A DNA stretch of 58,564 nucleotides, filler included, from Stramenopiles sp. TOSAG23-3 (taxonomy: Eukaryota), in NCBI GenBank assembly GCA_900128585.1. It is 6 parts of 6 records of this genome, joined end to end, with 100 filler letters (N's around TTAATTAATTAA, not from the genome) between each part and the next. Parts side by side here need not be neighbours in the genome. Positions count along the whole stretch, not along the records: positions 44,959 to 58,564 come from LT642619.1; 5 more parts are not named here. One strand, given 5' to 3'. Shown piece after piece: positions 53,310 to 58,564 of the stretch. Both the position numbers and the translations under genes were made by a program. Numbering within the stretch: the first letter of the stretch is position 1; each line of letters starts with the position of its first letter. The notes under the pieces were generated by a model. It was given only the letters and a program-made list of their open reading frames with translations. It did not search any database and was not told the DNA's origin.

Positions 53310-54848
53310 ATGTCAGACGCAGCAGCAGCGACCGACGAAGGGAAGGTACAAGGGAGCGGCGCGGACGCCGTTTCCTTGGTTATTTTGATACAGCCGGACG
53401 GGTTTCGCCATGAAGTGACTGTACCGCTAGAACATACACTAGAAAATTTAGCAAATGACGTAGGAACCGACTTGTCCCTCGATCCGCAGGGAATGCAAAT
53501 AATGTACGAAGGGAAGGAGATGAAGCGGGACGTCTCGTTGAAAGAGTTAGGAATCTCGGCGGGGCAAGCCAACGTTACGTTTGAGATAGTTTTGCCCGGC
53601 GGGGGAGCCCCCGCGGGCGGAATGGGCGCGGGGGGCGACGGGGGCGATTTCGAGCACAAGTACGAAGACGATGAAATAGAAGTGACGGTCAATTTCGACG
53701 ATCCCGAGGACCCCAGGCACGGGGCCCCCCAAACGTTCTTGGTGAAGATCGAGCGAGAGAACAGGCGCAAGCTGTATTTAGGCGGTTACCGAAGTCGCAA
53801 AACGGGGGTGGTGTACCACCACGGCTCCACGCAGACCTCACGGGAGATCCCACTAGAAACTGGGCCGGAGAAGTTTACGCGAGAGTCACAGACCGCCATC
53901 GAGGTGTCCCGAAGCATACAGACGAAGAGGGAGCACGGGACCCAGATGGAGCGCAAGGATATTTATTTAGAAAATAAATACGACCGGGAGGTAGCGCCGA
54001 AGGAGTATTTCTCCAGCGCGCAGCTGCACGAGCTGAGGGTCAAGAAGACCATCATCATGCAGTGCTACTGGAGGGGGTACGTCGCGCGGTGCCGCGCATA
54101 CACCCTAAGGAAGCGCCAGGAAGATCGCCGCCGGGCCATCGAGGAAGAGGAGCAGCGCCAGCAGGAGCTTGCAGCGAAGCGGCACGAGCGGGAGGTGGAA
54201 CGAAGGATGAACCCGCGCACCATCGAAGATTTTGAGGTGTTGTACAACGAGTTGGAAAATTGGCGTCAGCACGAGACGAGGCGGATCAACGAGACCGTCA
54301 AGGACGAGAAGGAGCGGTTGGAAGAGCTGGCCAAGCTCCTCTCGAAGGAAACGAAGCTGCTGCAAACGATTGACCGGTTGAAGATAGGGGCGAACAAGGA
54401 AAACCGTGGGCAGCGCATAAAGAAAATGTTGGACTTGATGTCGGCGCCGAAGCAGTGGCAAATGAGCGACGGGGACGTCGCGGAAGTGCACACCCCGTTC
54501 ACCACGCGCGCCAAAGAATTGATGGAGCTGTACCAAGGCCTTAACCTATCCATGCTCAGCATCGACGAACGCTTGGATGTGCTGTTGCACGTGAAGTGGA
54601 CAGTGAAGGAATTCGACTGCAACCTGACTCGGAACGTTGTTGAACTGATCGATCGCGAAGCGGACTTGCTGAACCGAGGACGGTCCGAAAAGAGCCTTGG
54701 GGGCTTGCGGAAGCGTCTTAGCAACATGTTTTTGCGCTTTATTGAGACCCCTGAGTTTAACCCTGAAGCGGCAAGGTTTCAGAAGGTCCCCCGAGACCTC
54801 ATGCTGAGGCCCGACGTCAGGCCGATCACTAGCGGTCCGGGCCATTGA
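53310..54848 (+). CDS. IQUB: IQ motif and ubiquitin-like domain protein (radial spoke FAP253)
   Basis: N-terminal Ub-like domain, YLGGYRSRKTGVVYHHGSTQT, IQ motif (IIMQCYWRGYVAR), RRMNPRTIEDFEVLYNELENW, ERLDVLLHVKWTVKEFDC and PEFNPEA. Confidence 0.93.
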   Translation: MSDAAAATDEGKVQGSGADAVSLVILIQPDGFRHEVTVPLEHTLENLANDVGTDLSLDPQGMQIMYEGKEMKRDVSLKELGISAGQANVTFEIVLPGGGAPAGGMGAGGDGGDFEHKYEDDEIEVTVNFDDPEDPRHGAPQTFLVKIERENRRKLYLGGYRSRKTGVVYHHGSTQTSREIPLETGPEKFTRESQTAIEVSRSIQTKREHGTQMERKDIYLENKYDREVAPKEYFSSAQLHELRVKKTIIMQCYWRGYVARCRAYTLRKRQEDRRRAIEEEEQRQQELAAKRHEREVERRMNPRTIEDFEVLYNELENWRQHETRRINETVKDEKERLEELAKLLSKETKLLQTIDRLKIGANKENRGQRIKKMLDLMSAPKQWQMSDGDVAEVHTPFTTRAKELMELYQGLNLSMLSIDERLDVLLHVKWTVKEFDCNLTRNVVELIDREADLLNRGRSEKSLGGLRKRLSNMFLRFIETPEFNPEAARFQKVPRDLMLRPDVRPITSGPGH

Positions 54849-55044
54849 GGTGAGGCGTTATGTCAAGCCTTTTTTCCTCTTCTCGGGAATTTAAAAAAAA
54901 ATTATTAAAAAAAGCTTCTTCTCCTCGTTATTATCACATTGTACATCATCGAACTCTGTAAACACGGTACAGGTACCGTACCAGGTACCAGGTATTGTAC
55001 TTTTTGCAGTTAGTGGACAAGGGGGGGGGGAGCGTATGTGTGAA

Positions 55045-56045
55045 AATTCACGAAAAAATAAATATTTATTTAATGCTGTTATTAGGTAAAATATAATTCA
55101 CATTGAAATAACACTAATTACTAATATGTAGTACATAGTTCCTTAAAATTTAGTTTTTTCTTCTTTTTTTTCTTCTTCTTCCTTCTTGTTTTTTTTCGTC
55201 GNNNNNNNNNNNNNNNNNNNNNNNNNNNNNNNNNNNNNNNNNNNNNNNNNNNNNNNNNNNNNNNNNNNNNNNNNNNNNNNNNNNNNNNNNNNNNNNNNNN
55301 NNNNNNNNNNNNNNNNNNNNNNNNNNNNNNNNNNNNNNNNNNNNNAACCTTTCAACAGACGCATCCACGAACAGCGCCAGAAGGAGCGCACGAACAACAT
55401 GGCAACAAGTTCACTGCCAGCATCCCACTGTCTTGTTTCATGGGGAAGCATTTCATACAGTGTCCAATGGTCCCAAAGTCTTATAAAAAATTGCCGGCTT
55501 ATCATACGATTTTGATCGTGCATCTGCCCTGGCGTCAACCCCTCCAACAGCATTTGCTTCACTGCCATATATTCTACACGGGGTCCCCAGCGTCTAGGGG
55601 TTGGGGCAACGCTATCCATTTTAATTTCGTATCATTTATACAAACAGTTTCACTTGTCACAATAAAATGGATTAAAGAATCCATTGCGCACTCCTAAACT
55701 GCGCGCAACACTTGCTTCTTGAACATACGGTGACTAGCCAGGTGCAACATTATTGACAACATGACTATATATTTTATTATTATAAAATAATAAAAAATTT
55801 AGAACCACCATAATAATGCTATTTCAATATTAAGTCGATAATAATTCACAACAATGACCTTCATCCCCACTACCCTGCTCTGTGATGTTATTTGATCATG
55901 GAAAGATTTTTTTAACACAATGTCAGAACAATCAAGCGAAAAAATAAGGAATTGAATTTCTGTCGCTCATTTTCTTTGTTATTTCAATGTGAATTATATT
56001 TTACCTAATAACAGCATTAAATAAATATTTATTTTTTCGTGAATT
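55045..56045. mobile_element. Putative non-autonomous DNA transposon with perfect inverted repeats of at least 69 bp
   Basis: 55045-55113 is the exact reverse complement of 55977-56045. It encloses an N gap and a minus-strand ORF fragment (55346-55619); the outer right end runs into an N gap. Confidence 0.65.
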
Positions 56046-56523
56046 NNNNNNNNNNNNNNNNNNNNNNNNNNNNNTTCACTGGCCTCAAATTAATTTCTTC
56101 TTTCTTCTCTTTCTTCTCTTTCTCTGTTTCTTTCTTTCTACTAATATTATTAAGTGTACAGTATCATCAGAGCATACAGTAAAATGTTAGGCGTGCCAGT
56201 TTCATAATTGATATTATTGATAATATGAGTAATGTGGTGGTAATTCATAAAACATATAGTATTAAAGTGTGATTATAATTGTGCTTTATTATAATACATA
56301 TTTTAGATAGGTATAATAAAAGTTCAAACCTTAAAAAATTCAAATTGTTAGTGTTCATGGGCGACACCTCGCATTAGATTATAGGATTTCCCTGGATTAT
56401 AATTTATGAGGAACTTGCCTTAACGGACCATTTTTTAATTTATTTGCGAGTTTAAGAAAAACCCTTAAACTTATTAGGAAAAACGATATTTTATTACAAA
56501 TTCTTAAACGATTTATTTTTTGG

Positions 56524-56865
56524 ATATTTTTTGTTGGAAAACTTGGGGATCTACAACTAAATAGCATTAAATAGCGCACCAACTATGTTGGAGCACTCTT
56601 GGAAGACTAAGGTTTCTTTTTTTTGGCATATTTTTCAACAACTAAATAGCATTCAAAACTTTGGGAACCACTGATTGGGATTAGTTGGTGCTTTTAATTT
56701 AATACCAAAAAAATTATTTTTTGGACAAACAAATATCCAAAATACTTGCTACATATTTTTTGTTGGAAAACTTGGTGATCTACAACTAAATAGACTAGTA
56801 TTAAATAGTGCACCAACTATTTTGGAGCACTCGTGGAAGACAAAGGTTCTTTTTCTTTTTTTGGC
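56524..56865 (+). repeat. Diverged ~105-bp direct repeat (56524-56627 / 56753-56865)
   Basis: ATATTTTTTGTTGGAAAACTTGG(G/T)GATCTACAACTAAATAG...GGAGCACTC(T/G)TGGAAGAC...TTGGC occurs twice. Confidence 0.85.
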
Positions 56866-57658
56866 TTAATGCAATGTCCACATGCATAATGTCGCCGTTC
56901 AAACGATTTTTCATCCGCCGAAGGTGGCCTATGTTATTTAATGCTATTTGCGATAATACACTTGCATTGTATTCTTATTTTCTTAGTACATTTTCATTGT
57001 ATTCTTGTTTATATTAATAGGAATATATAAAATTGCCTATCAACCATGTACTTATTCGCATTACAATACCAAAACTCGTTTTGTACTTTATGTATTCTAA
57101 TAGGCGTTGATAGTTTAGTGTTTGGTATAGGGTTTAGTACAGGCGAAAAACTGTGACCGGGACAGAAAATGCGGATGATTGGGCTTTTGGGAAACTGCAA
57201 CCAGCATTAGCCACTGTCATACTACAGGCAATAGCATAGGTATCGGAAGGTCCCTTAAAAACTTAGAATAGGTCGTCTTGATAGGTCAACAAAGGAAGGA
57301 TGGATCATTTTTTAAAAAACTGGAACCTTTAATTACTGTACATGATCACACAACCTCTCTAGCTCGAAGATGTTACCATTGTAATGCCTTGTATAGAGAC
57401 GATTAACATGCAATTAGCATCCAGTCGTCTCGGGAGAACAATGATAAAAAGAAGAAGAAGAGAAGATCCAAAAAAAAAAAAGAAAAAAAAATGACGACTG
57501 GATGAGAGGACTACTAGAACGAACTGCTTCTCTTTTTCCAGACTATTAACCGTCCGTACGTCGTACTAAAGTTCCAAAACTACTGCACGATCCTTTTGTC
57601 CTTTTCCTCATTATCCTCCTTTAAAGGTACACGCTAATCTCATAGCAATAATCAGAAT

Positions 57659-58564
57659 ATGCCCCATCACTCTCGCGTGTCGAGTTCGGAGAGCGGCGGA
57701 GACGAGCAGAAAGACTCCGTCTCCTTTTCCGAATATATTCTTAATTTAGGGATAATCCTTGGAGTCGCGCTCAATACATACAGAGAGAGCTACAGAGAGT
57801 TCCTCCAGAACCTACAGGCGGGGTTTTCGTCGATTGTTCATGCCACCATTTCACGCTTTGACCGTATGACGGGTTCGCAGATTATTGCGGTATTAAGTTT
57901 ACAGTTTATTGCGGTAAATAGTATACTTACAGTTTTGTTCGGAAGTTTTTATGCATTCCTTTTCTGCAGTCTTGTTGTGTTGGTGGTTTCCTACACTAAC
58001 CCTTGGTCGGACGAGCGCAGAAGGAGCACTATAAACCCGCTGAACTTCTCCGTCGGGCAATTGGTATATTGTACAGATTACGGAGAGGAGAAGGTACGCC
58101 GCCCTTGTATTGTGACTAAGTTGAAGCCTTTAGAAGCCCGGGAAATATATTATGATAATAATGGGGACAAAGCTGGATCGCGCGCATGGGATGAGATTGT
58201 ACCTGATGATAAGGGTCAAACACCAATTTACTTCGCAGTGGCGCATGGTCATTTGGAAATTGTTAAATTGCACCTAAACACAGAAGGGATTGATATTCAC
58301 AAAGCCGATGATAAAGGTATAACGCCATTATGTGCAGCAGCGGGGAAGGGCCATTTGGAAATTGTTAAATTGCTCCTAAACACAGAAGGGATTGATATTA
58401 ACAAAACCGATGATAAAGGTATAACGCCACTTTGGATAGCAGCAGCGAAGGGTCATTTAGAAATTGTTAAATTGCTCCTAAACACAGAAGGGATTGATAT
58501 TAACAAAACCGATAATAACGGTCGAACACCAATTTACTCTGCAGTGGCGCATGGCCATTTGGGG
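57659..58564 (+). CDS. Membrane-anchored ankyrin-repeat protein (TM region, Tudor/SH3-like module, near-identical 34-aa ankyrin repeats; 3' truncated, absent from ORF track)
   Basis: Hand translation from ATG 57659 is open for 302 codons. It contains hydrophobic segments, FSVGQLVYCTD...CIVTKLKPL...WDEI, then DDKGxTPxxxAxxxGHLEIVKLLLNTEGIDINKT repeats at 58205, 58307, 58409 and 58511. Confidence 0.88.
   Translation, partial: MPHHSRVSSSESGGDEQKDSVSFSEYILNLGIILGVALNTYRESYREFLQNLQAGFSSIVHATISRFDRMTGSQIIAVLSLQFIAVNSILTVLFGSFYAFLFCSLVVLVVSYTNPWSDERRRSTINPLNFSVGQLVYCTDYGEEKVRRPCIVTKLKPLEAREIYYDNNGDKAGSRAWDEIVPDDKGQTPIYFAVAHGHLEIVKLHLNTEGIDIHKADDKGITPLCAAAGKGHLEIVKLLLNTEGIDINKTDDKGITPLWIAAAKGHLEIVKLLLNTEGIDINKTDNNGRTPIYSAVAHGHLG

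Overview
Eukaryotic, gene-dense and almost intron-free DNA from a flagellated protist. It encodes axonemal genes DRC11/IQCA1, IQUB, LRRC43-like and TTLL; a stramenopile-type marine flagellate is plausible but not provable here. The window is a pseudo-molecule of six contigs joined by five artificial 100-nt linkers (44 N + TTAATTAATTAA + 44 N), so adjacency across linkers is meaningless. About 26 genes or gene fragments are supported, three of them missing from the ORF track: a PIF1 helicase (1-1740, -), an LRR fragment (44959-45056, +) and a membrane-anchored ankyrin protein (57659-58564, +). The most interesting signals are: (1) a WD40-ankyrin-TRP-like channel whose WD40 units are near-identical in DNA yet differ only at the non-synonymous GG-x-D-x positions, plus a DARPin-like ankyrin array with variation confined to the binding face, together suggesting a diversifying repeat-receptor repertoire; (2) a modular AT-rich repeat family (core AATAACAGCCAATTTTCTTGTT) with a member in every convergent gene junction, one copy interrupting an LRR gene; (3) a four-repeat CxxH-x6-CxxC zinc-finger protein; (4) a ~1 kb element with perfect 69-bp inverted repeats; (5) a putative CYTH-like/YjjX NTPase fusion.
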